From a virus (taxonomy: Duplodnaviria; Caudoviricetes), in the IMG/VR virus record IMGVR_UViG_3300033463_000023, positions 1-64,000 of that record: DNA of 64,000 bases; one strand, 5' to 3'. The notes beneath the pieces are model-generated. The model ran no database searches and had not been told where the DNA came from. It was given only the letters and a program-made list of their open reading frames with translations. Positions within the stretch are counted from its first letter, which is position 1; every line of letters begins with the position of its first letter. Of the stretch, positions 9,065 through 17,679 are shown piece after piece. A program made the position numbers and the translations under genes.

Positions 9065-10678
9065 ATGGACGACAAGATTCTGAAGATGTTCTTTGAGAAA
9101 GAGCGGTGGGAGTATGCCATCGAGAAAGGGTGCGTCAAGGACGTGCCGAAGAACTGGCTCTACCAGCTCTGCAAGCCCGAGGTACGGGTGGCCATGTACC
9201 GGGCCATCGCCAACGGCACGTACGAGATCGCCCCGCCGCACACGGCGAGGATCCCCAAGGAGACGCCTGGCGAGTGGCGCACGGTGTACGTCAACGAGCC
9301 GGCAGACAGGGTGCTGCTGAGCATCGCGAATGATCTACTGTTCGAGCTGATGCCGGACTATGTGCATCCGAGGTGCAAGAGCTACCTGAAAGGGGTGGGT
9401 TGCGGTCGTATCGTCAGGGAGGCGAGCGCCGCTATCACGGCCACAGGGGCCACGGGGAAGATCGGCTGGAAGAGCGACCTGTCGAAGTACTTCGACTCCG
9501 TGCCCGTCGAGTATATCGACGCGGCGTTCGACGGCGTGGAGCAGCGGCACGGGGAGTCGAAGCTGGTTGACGTGCTGCGGAAGTACTACCACAGCGACCT
9601 GTATATCGACGGCCAGACGAAGCGGGTGGAGAGCAAGTACCAGTCGCTGAAGCAGGGCTGCAGCGTGGCCTCGTGGCTGGCCGACGTGATACTCTACCAT
9701 ATCGACGAGAGGCTCTCGCAGCTCGACGGCTACTACGTGCGCTACTCCGACGACATGCTCTTCATCGGGCCGGATGCCGGAAAGGCCATGGCCGTCCTCA
9801 CGGACGAGCTGGCCAGGATGGGCATGTGCCTGAACCCCAAGAAAGTCGAGTGGCTCGACCGGGACCACTGGTTCAAGTTCCTCGGCTACTCCATCAAGGG
9901 CGAGAGCATATCGCTGAGCTCTACCCGCATCAAGACGTTCCAGAAGGAGATCGAGGCGAGGACGGTAAAGCGCAAGGGAGACAGGGGCAAGGAGTTTTTT
10001 GCCAATGCCGTCAGCAGGGTCAACCGCTATCTCTACCGCGGCGACGGGCAGGGCCACTCGTGGGCCACGCAGGTGCTCTCCGTGGTGAACGTCCGCCAGG
10101 ACGTCGACACGCTGAACTGCTTCGTCATGGACTGCCTGCGCGCCGTCCATACGGGCAAGGCGAAGCTCGGCGGGCTGGGCTACGACCGGCAGGGCAGGGT
10201 AGGGTGCATCGTCCGTGGCAGGGGCAGGAATGTCAGCGCCAACCGCCGCAAGACGGGCGACACCATCGACGGCTATCTCACACTGGGATGCATGCAGAAC
10301 GCCATGCGGACCTCCCGTGCTGCCTACGACACGCTGGTGAGGAGCCTCGCCCCCGGCCCCTCTCCGACCGGCGATGGGAGCGGCGGCGGAGAGGTGCTGC
10401 CGGTGTGCAGCGAGACGATAGAGGAGCTCTACGGCGTCTACAAGCACTCGATCCCGAGCGAGAGGACCATGCGCCGCACGGCGCGCTTCAAGGCGCTGCC
10501 GGAGAGCGAGCTCTCCGACGACGACATGCTCTACGGCGTGCCCCGCGAGGAAGCGGAGCGGCAGCTGGAGAAAGCACTCAAGGGCTTCTCTATCCCTGCA
10601 GGCGCAGGGTCGTGGTTCTGGCAGAGCAAGGCCGACCCCGACCTCGTGGTGCTGAAATCATGGACCAGCGCAGCGTGA
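9065..10678 (+). CDS. Reverse transcriptase (not group II intron or DGR; unknown-group/retron-like) with C-terminal extension
   Basis: RT motifs IPK...R.V...DR, KSDLSKYFDSV, LKQGCSVASWLA, YVRYSDD, LNPKK, FKFLGY. Confidence 0.93.
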   Translation: MDDKILKMFFEKERWEYAIEKGCVKDVPKNWLYQLCKPEVRVAMYRAIANGTYEIAPPHTARIPKETPGEWRTVYVNEPADRVLLSIANDLLFELMPDYVHPRCKSYLKGVGCGRIVREASAAITATGATGKIGWKSDLSKYFDSVPVEYIDAAFDGVEQRHGESKLVDVLRKYYHSDLYIDGQTKRVESKYQSLKQGCSVASWLADVILYHIDERLSQLDGYYVRYSDDMLFIGPDAGKAMAVLTDELARMGMCLNPKKVEWLDRDHWFKFLGYSIKGESISLSSTRIKTFQKEIEARTVKRKGDRGKEFFANAVSRVNRYLYRGDGQGHSWATQVLSVVNVRQDVDTLNCFVMDCLRAVHTGKAKLGGLGYDRQGRVGCIVRGRGRNVSANRRKTGDTIDGYLTLGCMQNAMRTSRAAYDTLVRSLAPGPSPTGDGSGGGEVLPVCSETIEELYGVYKHSIPSERTMRRTARFKALPESELSDDDMLYGVPREEAERQLEKALKGFSIPAGAGSWFWQSKADPDLVVLKSWTSAA

Positions 10679-10690
10679 CGGCACGCTGCC

Positions 10691-10884
10691 ACCCCGCACA
10701 GGGTCCGTCCGCGCAGGGCGGCACACTTCAGCAGAAGGCGTCTCTAACCAGAACCGGTAGCTTCAGTACCTCCGGGCATACCAGCGGATTCGCTGGTGTG
10801 CCAGGCGGTACTGAAGCACGTTCTGGCGAACGCCTTCAGTCATCGGACTCCTACAGTCCATGTGCCGGGCCGCAGGGCGCGGAC
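10691..10884 (+). ncRNA. RT-associated structured RNA unit 2
   Basis: ACCC-cgcaca-GGGT; P1 GTCCGCGC/GCGCGGAC; P2 GCGGC/GCCGC; TTCA 10727; hairpin 10734-10837; CATCG-N6-TACAG-N4-TGTGCCG. Confidence 0.85.
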
Positions 10885-10888
10885 ATCT

Positions 10889-11069
10889 GGCGGCGCATAC
10901 CGCCTCCGGCCGTCAGGGCGGAGCGATTCAGCGAAGCTGTACACGACGTCTTCTTGCGATCACCTGCAGACGGTCTGCCGACGGTCGTGCAGGTGATCTC
11001 GAGAAGACCCTTCTACAGCTTCAGTATCGGACGACTAAAGGACTATGCCGGTCCGCAAGGACGGCCGGA
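10889..11069 (+). ncRNA. RT-associated structured RNA unit 3
   Basis: GGCGG-cgcata-CCGCC; P1 TCCGGCCGTC/GACGGCCGGA; P2 GCGGA/TCCGC; TTCA 10927; hairpin 10933-11022; TATCG-N6-TAAAG-N3-TATGCCG. Confidence 0.85.
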
Positions 11070-11137
11070 TTTAATTGACCATTGACCATTGACCATTGGA
11101 CACCGGAAATTATTAACCCATTAAACATTTTAAAGTT

Positions 11138-12253
11138 ATGGCTACAACGAAGAAGAACGAGAGCAAGAACGCTTCCAGGAAGCAGGTTATCAACAACGCT
11201 AACGGCGAGACCAAGGTCGTGTGCCCCGTGTGCGGCACGGAGTTCGACGTGCTCGCCGAGCACGAGCACAAGGAGAGGAACGTGACGGTGCTGGGCGTGG
11301 ACTCCGGCGCCGGCACCATCGTGCTGCCCGTGAGCAGGCGCGGCGAGGCCCTCGAGGCCGCCGGCGTCGACACCTCGAAGTACTTCAGCATCAAGCTCCC
11401 CACGGGCGGCGAGCAGATGATGAAGATGGGCGACGACGGCAAGGCCGTGCCCGTGACGCAGGACGACCCTATCATCAAGGCCATCCTCGGCGCCGGCACC
11501 GTGTCCAACCGCAAGCTGTTCCGCCGGTGGGTGATGTCGCAGGTGTTCCACGGCCTGCTCTACAGGTGCCGCTACTACGGCGACGGCTTCACGGGCTGGC
11601 TGAAGAGCCACGGCTATCCCTACCAGTGGGAGATGCTCGTCGAAGAGCTGCGCGTTCAGGCCACGCTCTACGGCCGTGACATGGAGAACTTCACCGCCCG
11701 CAACCGCTGGTTCGACAAGGCCCTGGCCGTCGCCATGGCCGGCGACTACATCGGGCAGCTCCGCAAGGACGCCAACTCCCGCCCGCGCCACAGGTGCAAG
11801 GGCGTGCCCTACGTCACCGTGGAGCACAAGCACTACTTCGTCGCCGACATCGAGAAGAAGCTCATCGCCCCGCTGTGGGCCTACGTCCGCGCCATCGAGA
11901 AGGCCGGGACCCCGCAGGCACTCTACGGGGCCGTGAAGGCGTTCTGGAGGGCGTGCCCCGTGAAGTCATGGAGCTACGCCCAGTGCCCGGAGTGGAAGGA
12001 CGCCTACAAGGGCATGGGAGCCTATGCCGTGATGCAGAACCTACTGCGCTTCCACGGCTGCACGTTCCCCAGGGACAACGACTTCTACAGCCGCAGCCGC
12101 CGGGGTCTCGACGCCCTGGAGGAAGCCGCCAGCTGCTACGGCGACGGCGAGGGCTGGCGCCTGTTCGGCCTGATGAAGCAGATGCTGTCGGAGAACCACG
12201 TCGACATCGAGAGGAAGATGCAGCAGTGGAGCGAGGCCAAGAGGCTCCGCTGA
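11138..12253 (+). CDS. Hypothetical protein embedded in the RT RNA array (N-terminal CxxC)
   Basis: 371-aa ORF with VCPVCGTEF; flanked by RNA units on both sides. Confidence 0.88.
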   Translation: MATTKKNESKNASRKQVINNANGETKVVCPVCGTEFDVLAEHEHKERNVTVLGVDSGAGTIVLPVSRRGEALEAAGVDTSKYFSIKLPTGGEQMMKMGDDGKAVPVTQDDPIIKAILGAGTVSNRKLFRRWVMSQVFHGLLYRCRYYGDGFTGWLKSHGYPYQWEMLVEELRVQATLYGRDMENFTARNRWFDKALAVAMAGDYIGQLRKDANSRPRHRCKGVPYVTVEHKHYFVADIEKKLIAPLWAYVRAIEKAGTPQALYGAVKAFWRACPVKSWSYAQCPEWKDAYKGMGAYAVMQNLLRFHGCTFPRDNDFYSRSRRGLDALEEAASCYGDGEGWRLFGLMKQMLSENHVDIERKMQQWSEAKRLR

Positions 12254-12264
12254 CCGGACGGCGG

Positions 12265-12427
12265 GGCCGCGCATACGGCCGCCCCGTGCAGGGCGACACC
12301 CGTTTCATGCAGATCAGCCTGAACGGAGATGGCCCCGTGAGACTATGCTACACGGGGCCGTTCTCCTGCGACTGATCTACGCCATCGGAGGACTACAGCG
12401 ATATGCCGCTGTCGCAAGGCACGGGGC
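12265..12427 (+). ncRNA. RT-associated structured RNA unit 4
   Basis: GGCCG-cgcata-CGGCC; P1 GCCCCGTGC/GCACGGGGC; P2 GCGACA/TGTCGC; TTCA 12304; hairpin 12311-12378; CATCG-N6-TACAG-N3-TATGCCG. Confidence 0.85.
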
Positions 12428-12464
12428 TTTCCAGTGCATAATCAATAATGCATAAGGCATAACA

Positions 12465-12644
12465 GGCGGCGTGCGCCGCCGCGTGCTGCCAGACGCGCGA
12501 CGATTCAATGCTTCAGGATTGCAAAGCTCGAAACTCGACTCAGCCGACAGGGTACCCCCTGTGGGCTGAAGTCTCGGTTCGAGCTCTTCATCCTGATTCA
12601 TATCGGGACCGTAAAGACCACGCACCATGCGCGGAGGGCAGCGC
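12465..12644 (+). ncRNA. RT-associated structured RNA unit 5
   Basis: GGCGG-cgtgcg-CCGCC; P1 GTGCTGCC/GGCAGCGC; P2 CGCGCG/TGCGCG; TTCA 12504; hairpin 12513-12596; TATCG-N6-TAAAG-N4-CGCACC. Confidence 0.8.
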
Positions 12645-12745
12645 CATTGACCATTGAACTTTTGGAGCAGCGAGAACCATCGTGCTCGCACGTTTGGCCG
12701 AGTCGTGACAAAAGTCATGGAACGAAGTGACATAACATTGAACAT

Positions 12746-12924
12746 TCCCGGCACAGGGACGGGAGGCGAGGACGGCACGCGTTCAGGCGACCGGCTCCGG
12801 AAAGCCGACGCTCAGTCCGGGTACCCGCGTGTATCAACGCGGGTACCGCCGATGAGCGTCGCCGGATGTCCGGTCGCTGTCATCAGGACGATAGAGACCA
12901 TGTGCCGGGCCGTCACGGCCTCCC
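12746..12924 (+). ncRNA. RT-associated structured RNA unit 6
   Basis: TCCC-ggcaca-GGGA; P1 GGGAGGC/GCCTCCC; P2 GACGGC/GCCGTC; TTCA 12782; hairpin 12787-12877; CATCA-N6-TAGAG-N4-TGTGCCG. Confidence 0.85.
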
Positions 12925-12925
12925 C

Positions 12926-13109
12926 TATGCAGCACAGCATACTACTACAGGCCTGCGGGACGGACACGATTCAAACCTACAGTGAGCACATGGCGGCCGC
13001 CTGGAGGCGCCGTCGTCACTGCCGAAACGACGGCGCCTCCTGGCGACCGTCACTTCTCACTGTATCTTATCGGCGACGTAAAGCCACGTGCCGGGTCCGT
13101 GAGCAGACC
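12926..13109 (+). ncRNA. RT-associated structured RNA unit 7
   Basis: TATGC-agcaca-GCATA; P1 GGCCTGC/GCAGACC; P2 ACGGAC/GTCCGT; TTCA 12970; hairpin 12978-13064; TATCG-N6-TAAAG-N3-CGTGCCG. Confidence 0.8.
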
Positions 13110-13116
13110 ATCCGTC

Positions 13117-13276
13117 GGGAGCGTACCCTATGCTCCGCGAGGCACCCCGAGCTTCAAATTTCCATCTCACAGTTTTCCCTGGATTCCCACTGGGACACTC
13201 CCAGTCTTCATCCAGGGAAGTTGCGATGGAACTTATCGACGCACTAAAGAACTACGCCGGGGGATGCAGGGCGGAG
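13117..13276 (+). ncRNA. RT-associated structured RNA unit 8
   Basis: GGG-agcgta-CCC; P1 CTCCGC/GCGGAG; P2 GCACCCC/GGGG(A)TGC; TTCA 13153; hairpin 13160-13231; TATCG-N6-TAAAG-N3-TACGCCG. Confidence 0.8.
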
Positions 13277-13309
13277 AACAGGCTAATTGAGAATTAAGAA
13301 TTGAGAGAT

Positions 13310-13708
13310 ATGGAGAAACAGAATTTCTACGGACGGATGAAGCTCCTGCACAACGAGATCGTGCTGGAGATAAAGCAGATGATGGCGATGCACCGCGTGA
13401 CTGAGGTGGACCTGCTGGGCAGCAGCTGCGACCACGCCTATGTGACGGGCTGGCCCGGCGACGGCGCCGACGTGATGGAGATGGAGGTGAGCAAGGTGTA
13501 TTCGGTCAACGGCGCATTCGGCGACCTGATGCTTGACGTCATCCTCGACGTCGACACCGAGGAGCTGGCCGCCCGGAACGAGAACGGCGACATCGGCGAG
13601 GCCTACCAGTGCTGGCGCGCCAACGACTTCACCCACTTCAAGCCCTGCGCCGGCATCGAGACGGTCTACGACAGCGTCTGGCAGGTGCTCGAGCAGGGGA
13701 AACGCTGA
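13310..13708 (+). CDS. Hypothetical acidic protein
   Basis: ORF from ATG 13310, high third-position GC. Confidence 0.8.
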   Translation: MEKQNFYGRMKLLHNEIVLEIKQMMAMHRVTEVDLLGSSCDHAYVTGWPGDGADVMEMEVSKVYSVNGAFGDLMLDVILDVDTEELAARNENGDIGEAYQCWRANDFTHFKPCAGIETVYDSVWQVLEQGKR

Positions 13709-13911
13709 CCCCTGCCCAGCAGCGGCCTTGACCTATGCTCTGATGCGACTGCGGGGACTATCTGTTGCCGTGCCACGGCAACACACTCAACAGACTGACA
13801 TAATTGTAAGTTTTTGAAAGTTGAACGTTTGCGGGCTGACCGTCGTGAGGACAGGGCAGCCCTTTGAATGCATAATTCATAATGCATAATGCATAATAAA
13901 ATATAACGCTT

Positions 13912-14121
13912 ATGACAACGAAGCAGATCGAAGAGGCACTGCGCGGGAACAGGCGCGTAGTGCTCCGCGGCGACCCGTGGAAGTGGGTACGCCGGGACCT
14001 GTTCGGCGACCTGGTGGTGGTCGACGTCCGCCACAGCGGCGAGCCTGTACGAAAGGCCACACTCTCTGACAAGCGAAGAGCTACTATCATGGGCACCACG
14101 GTGCCCGCCAAGAAACATTGA
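13912..14121 (+). CDS. Hypothetical protein
   Basis: 69-aa ORF with AT-rich leader. Confidence 0.65.
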   Translation: MTTKQIEEALRGNRRVVLRGDPWKWVRRDLFGDLVVVDVRHSGEPVRKATLSDKRRATIMGTTVPAKKH

Positions 14122-14141
14122 ACACTAAAACCCATACGACT

Positions 14142-15443
14142 ATGGAAGAGAAGAAGAGACTTTACGACGGCACCGTGGGCATCACGGGCCGCAAGGTGAC
14201 CGCCGACCGCACGGCCGACGGCGAGACAGTAACCTACACCCCGCACGGCAGCAGCGGATCCGGGCTCGGTACCAACGAGCTCGTCTACGAGCTGATGCTC
14301 ATCGCCGGGCGCGACATGCTCGAGGCCGGCACGGCCCTCTACGGCGGCGACTATACCGCAGCGGAGCTGGCCGGCAAGGCCGGCTACCTGTACATGTTCA
14401 CGGAGAACGGCAACCCCGGGTGGGAGGACTACAGGACCGTCCGCATCAGGACGGAGGCCTTCGACTGCTCGTTCCACGCCGGCGAGACGTTCGCCCAGAT
14501 CGCGGAGTGGGAGGGCGTGATGGGCCTCCCGGCCCAGAAGTACTACAGGTTCCGCTGCGAGGGCAGGGAGATGCCCAAGGGCACGGTGCTGAAGAAGTAC
14601 ACCCGCTGCCACGGCTACAGGCCCGCGACGGTCTCGGTCGCGGCGGAGAACGACCGCCTCTCCCAGAACTTCAGCGTGCTGGGCCACCTGTGCCAGGCCC
14701 TGTCGGCCGAGGGCATCCGCAAGGCGATGAGCGTGCCGGCCGCCGCAAGGCTGTTCGAGGACAAGGGCTTCGAGGTGCTGGCGATGGTCAGGACGGCTAT
14801 GCGCTGGAAGCTGTGGAAGGACTACGGCAACTGCGAGCGCCTGCACCGCCGCGAGGACTGGCTGAAGGGCGAGATGGGGCGCACGGACAGGACGGGCAGA
14901 CGCTATAAGGAGATGGAGAAGGAGCTGCAGCTCATCCGGTGGAAGTACGCGGCACTGTCGCGGCCCATCCCCTTCGGCGAGCAGGACTTCAAGGACGGGC
15001 CGGAGTGCTACCGTCAGGTGGACGGCAAGTATGTGCAGGTGCTCGTGGACCACTGGAACGGGATGGTGGCCGGGAGCCCCATGCCGGAGTGGCCGAAGCA
15101 GGGCGACGTGGTGATGTTCAGGAACCGAGAGAACATGACGAAGAAGTACCAGGGGAAGTTCCTGTGCAAGGGGCTCGTGGCGAGCCTCTCGGCGTACGGC
15201 GACCGCATCGAGTGGCGTGCCAGCGTCAGGGTGAAAGGGTCCACGAACGAGTACTTTGCTCCGGCACTGCTGGAGCCCGCGCCGGACGACAAGAAGCCCA
15301 AGAAGGCTGCGAAGAAGACAACAGGCAAGGCGAAGCCCAAGGCTTCTACGGCTGCCGTGACACGGCAGCATACCCAACAGGCGGCACAGCCGTCCCTCGA
15401 GGAGCGACTGAGGCAGGCGCTGCTGGCCCGCCTCGCCGCGTGA
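14142..15443 (+). CDS. Hypothetical protein
   Basis: Long ORF; ACGACT-ATG start at 14142. Confidence 0.85.
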   Translation: MEEKKRLYDGTVGITGRKVTADRTADGETVTYTPHGSSGSGLGTNELVYELMLIAGRDMLEAGTALYGGDYTAAELAGKAGYLYMFTENGNPGWEDYRTVRIRTEAFDCSFHAGETFAQIAEWEGVMGLPAQKYYRFRCEGREMPKGTVLKKYTRCHGYRPATVSVAAENDRLSQNFSVLGHLCQALSAEGIRKAMSVPAAARLFEDKGFEVLAMVRTAMRWKLWKDYGNCERLHRREDWLKGEMGRTDRTGRRYKEMEKELQLIRWKYAALSRPIPFGEQDFKDGPECYRQVDGKYVQVLVDHWNGMVAGSPMPEWPKQGDVVMFRNRENMTKKYQGKFLCKGLVASLSAYGDRIEWRASVRVKGSTNEYFAPALLEPAPDDKKPKKAAKKTTGKAKPKASTAAVTRQHTQQAAQPSLEERLRQALLARLAA

Positions 15444-15485
15444 TACGTTGAACATTGAACATTGAACATTAAAACGATTACGGCT

Positions 15486-15887
15486 ATGAGAAGATGTGAA
15501 GCACCCATCGACAACAAGAACCTGCTGGAGGACGCCTTCGAGGACGACGTCTTCCGCGACGGGTTCATGCAGGCCGCCGACCACCGCAGGAGGGACATGC
15601 GCCACCTGGTCGGCATCAAGGAAGTGAGGGACGACGGGGAGTTCGCCGACGTGAGCGGCATCGTGGACGTGCGGTGGTGCTACGGCGACAACTGCGTGGT
15701 GATCAGGCTGCTGGCCGTCTCCGGCGCGGCGGACACCTACGACTGGGAGGACGGCCGCAAGGCCATCTTCGACGACTACCGCAGGACGTTCAAGGCGTGG
15801 GAGGGCCCAGAGAACCCCGACCTCAGGGTGGAGTTCGGGCAGGACTGCGACACCCTGAGCGTGCTGTTCTACTGGGAGTGCGACTGA
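15486..15887 (+). CDS. Hypothetical acidic protein
   Basis: ORF from ATG 15486. Confidence 0.75.
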   Translation: MRRCEAPIDNKNLLEDAFEDDVFRDGFMQAADHRRRDMRHLVGIKEVRDDGEFADVSGIVDVRWCYGDNCVVIRLLAVSGAADTYDWEDGRKAIFDDYRRTFKAWEGPENPDLRVEFGQDCDTLSVLFYWECD

Positions 15888-15917
15888 CGACAACGAACCT
15901 AACGGATTATACGAACT

Positions 15918-16361
15918 ATGAGACAGTACAGGGTATTCATCGACATTACGGTGACGAAGACTCTCAGCATCAGTGCTGAGAGTGAGGAACAGGCCAGGGA
16001 GCAGGCGCTGAAGCAGTGCCGCGAGCGGCCGGACTACTACGCCCGCGACAACGACGGCGTGATAGACGTGAGCGTGTCGGAGTGCGAAGAGGACGGGGAG
16101 CCGGACGCCCGCACGGTGATCGACAAGGCGATTGACTACGTGAAGGAGAATCTGGAGGCCGACGAGCTGGCGGAGATACGGGCACAGGTAGACCGCTCGT
16201 ACCGCTACCACATGATGCCCAGCGACTGCGTGACTGGCACCGACAGGGTGATAGAGCTGCTGGGCGAGTACGGCAGGGACTACGAGGACGTTGGCGAGGA
16301 CAACGCCGACTGCTGGTGGGAGCCGCACATCGACCTCGACGATATTCTATTGAGACTATAG
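15918..16361 (+). CDS. Hypothetical acidic protein
   Basis: 147-aa ORF. Confidence 0.8.
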   Translation: MRQYRVFIDITVTKTLSISAESEEQAREQALKQCRERPDYYARDNDGVIDVSVSECEEDGEPDARTVIDKAIDYVKENLEADELAEIRAQVDRSYRYHMMPSDCVTGTDRVIELLGEYGRDYEDVGEDNADCWWEPHIDLDDILLRL

Positions 16362-16403
16362 ACTACAGACTATTTTAAAACAACGGATTAAAACATTACG
16401 ACT

Positions 16404-17348
16404 ATGGAGACAAGGAAGTTCTGGTGCCACTATGTTGGCAGCGACGGCAATACGCCGAAGAGAAGAATCATGGAGCTGACGGCTATCGGCGAGCTGGTGC
16501 CCGAGCTGAATGGCGTGGGCACTACGCCGCTGTGGTATGAGCGCGAGGAAGAGGACTACTATTCGTCGCACTATGTGTATTACTACCTGTATGCCCAGCT
16601 CTCGGACAAGGTGGCGGTGACGATACAGCGCCGTCTCAGCGACCAGGATCTGGAGATGCTTCGGCTGACGGACGAAGACATCGAGCAGCGTGCCACGAAC
16701 CTGTGGACGAAGGACATCGAGCGCTGCACTACCGAAGAGGCACGCAATCGTATGCAGGAGAACAAGCGATCGTGGAAAGAGAACTGTATTGAGAACCGTG
16801 AACACTACTTCGAGAGGTTGAAGATGTTGTGCAGCTTCGACGAGCTGATGATATCGGGCAGCCACTGGATCAGCAACGCCTGCCTGCGGGCTTTCATGGA
16901 AGCGGAGTCTCCTTACTGCCCCGTGCTGCAGGCCCTGCGTGAACAGAAGCTGGCCGAGCGTGAGGCCGACAGCAAGCGGCGCGAGGAGGAGCACAGGAAG
17001 CGCATGGAGGAGGAAGCGCAGAAGAAGGCCGAGGAAGCCCGCAAGGAGCGTGAGCGGCTGATCGGGGTGGCTGCCGACTTCCGCGACGGCAAGAGCATCA
17101 GCGGCGAGGACGTGGTGGAGCTGTGCCGGCGCTGCAGCATCGGCATCCATCTGCGCACCGTACATAACCTGCAGCAGGTCGTCGCCACCATCAACGGCAA
17201 GGAGGGCACCTGCCGGTACTACAGGCAGCGCGGCAAGCGCCGCCCGCAGCTCGACGGCTGCTACGAGACGGCCGGCAGGCTCTACTATCACCTGCAGGGG
17301 CACTACGACGAGCTGGTGAATTACATGAGGGCATTAAACAAACATTAA
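16404..17348 (+). CDS. Hypothetical protein with central coiled coil
   Basis: 314-aa ORF, ACGACT-ATG start. Confidence 0.85.
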   Translation: METRKFWCHYVGSDGNTPKRRIMELTAIGELVPELNGVGTTPLWYEREEEDYYSSHYVYYYLYAQLSDKVAVTIQRRLSDQDLEMLRLTDEDIEQRATNLWTKDIERCTTEEARNRMQENKRSWKENCIENREHYFERLKMLCSFDELMISGSHWISNACLRAFMEAESPYCPVLQALREQKLAEREADSKRREEEHRKRMEEEAQKKAEEARKERERLIGVAADFRDGKSISGEDVVELCRRCSIGIHLRTVHNLQQVVATINGKEGTCRYYRQRGKRRPQLDGCYETAGRLYYHLQGHYDELVNYMRALNKH

Positions 17349-17555
17349 ACGAATACGACTATGGGAAAGATCGTAAGACATGACTACTGCGCCATACATG
17401 GTGCGCTGAACAAGATGATCGTCGCTGAGCAGCGCGGCAGACAAACTTGTAACGGTATAATTATGCGACGAGGATAGCGCATAGAAAAGGGGAGCAGCGA
17501 GTGCTCTCCTTTACGGGCCGGTAGTGGCCGATGTCCAACCTAAAAGATTACGACC

Positions 17556-17630
17556 ATGATCGAAGTAATTTATTTTAGGGTTTGGAAGGTTCTACTCTTC
17601 CGGATCCGAATCCGGTTGAGGTTCTTCTAA
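17556..17630 (+). CDS. 24-aa hydrophobic/cationic peptide MIEVIYFRVWKVLLFRIRIRLRFF
   Basis: Hand translation; ACGACC-ATG start context; antisense promoter downstream. Confidence 0.55.
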   Translation: MIEVIYFRVWKVLLFRIRIRLRFF

Positions 17631-17679
17631 GACCTCGGGGACGGTGGTACGAACACCGCCCCTTATGGTTTTCAGCCTG

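Noticed and set aside
9065-11100. RT as a group II intron
   Set aside because: No recognisable domain V/VI after the ORF, no interrupted gene, YSDD rather than YADD, and the flanks are explained by the repeated RNA units.
12265-13276. CRISPR array
   Set aside because: No identical direct repeats and no cas genes; conservation is structural and the variable parts are self-complementary.
12377-13290. ORFs 12377-12778, 12654-13247 and 12982-13290 (and 9673-11085) over the RNA units
   Set aside because: Atypical composition and poor starts; they overlap covarying RNA structures.
13709-13865. Possible ninth RT RNA unit
   Set aside because: Has hairpins (TGTTGCCGT/ACGGCAACA and others) but lacks TTCA, YATCR-N6-TAVAG and the P1/P2 frame.
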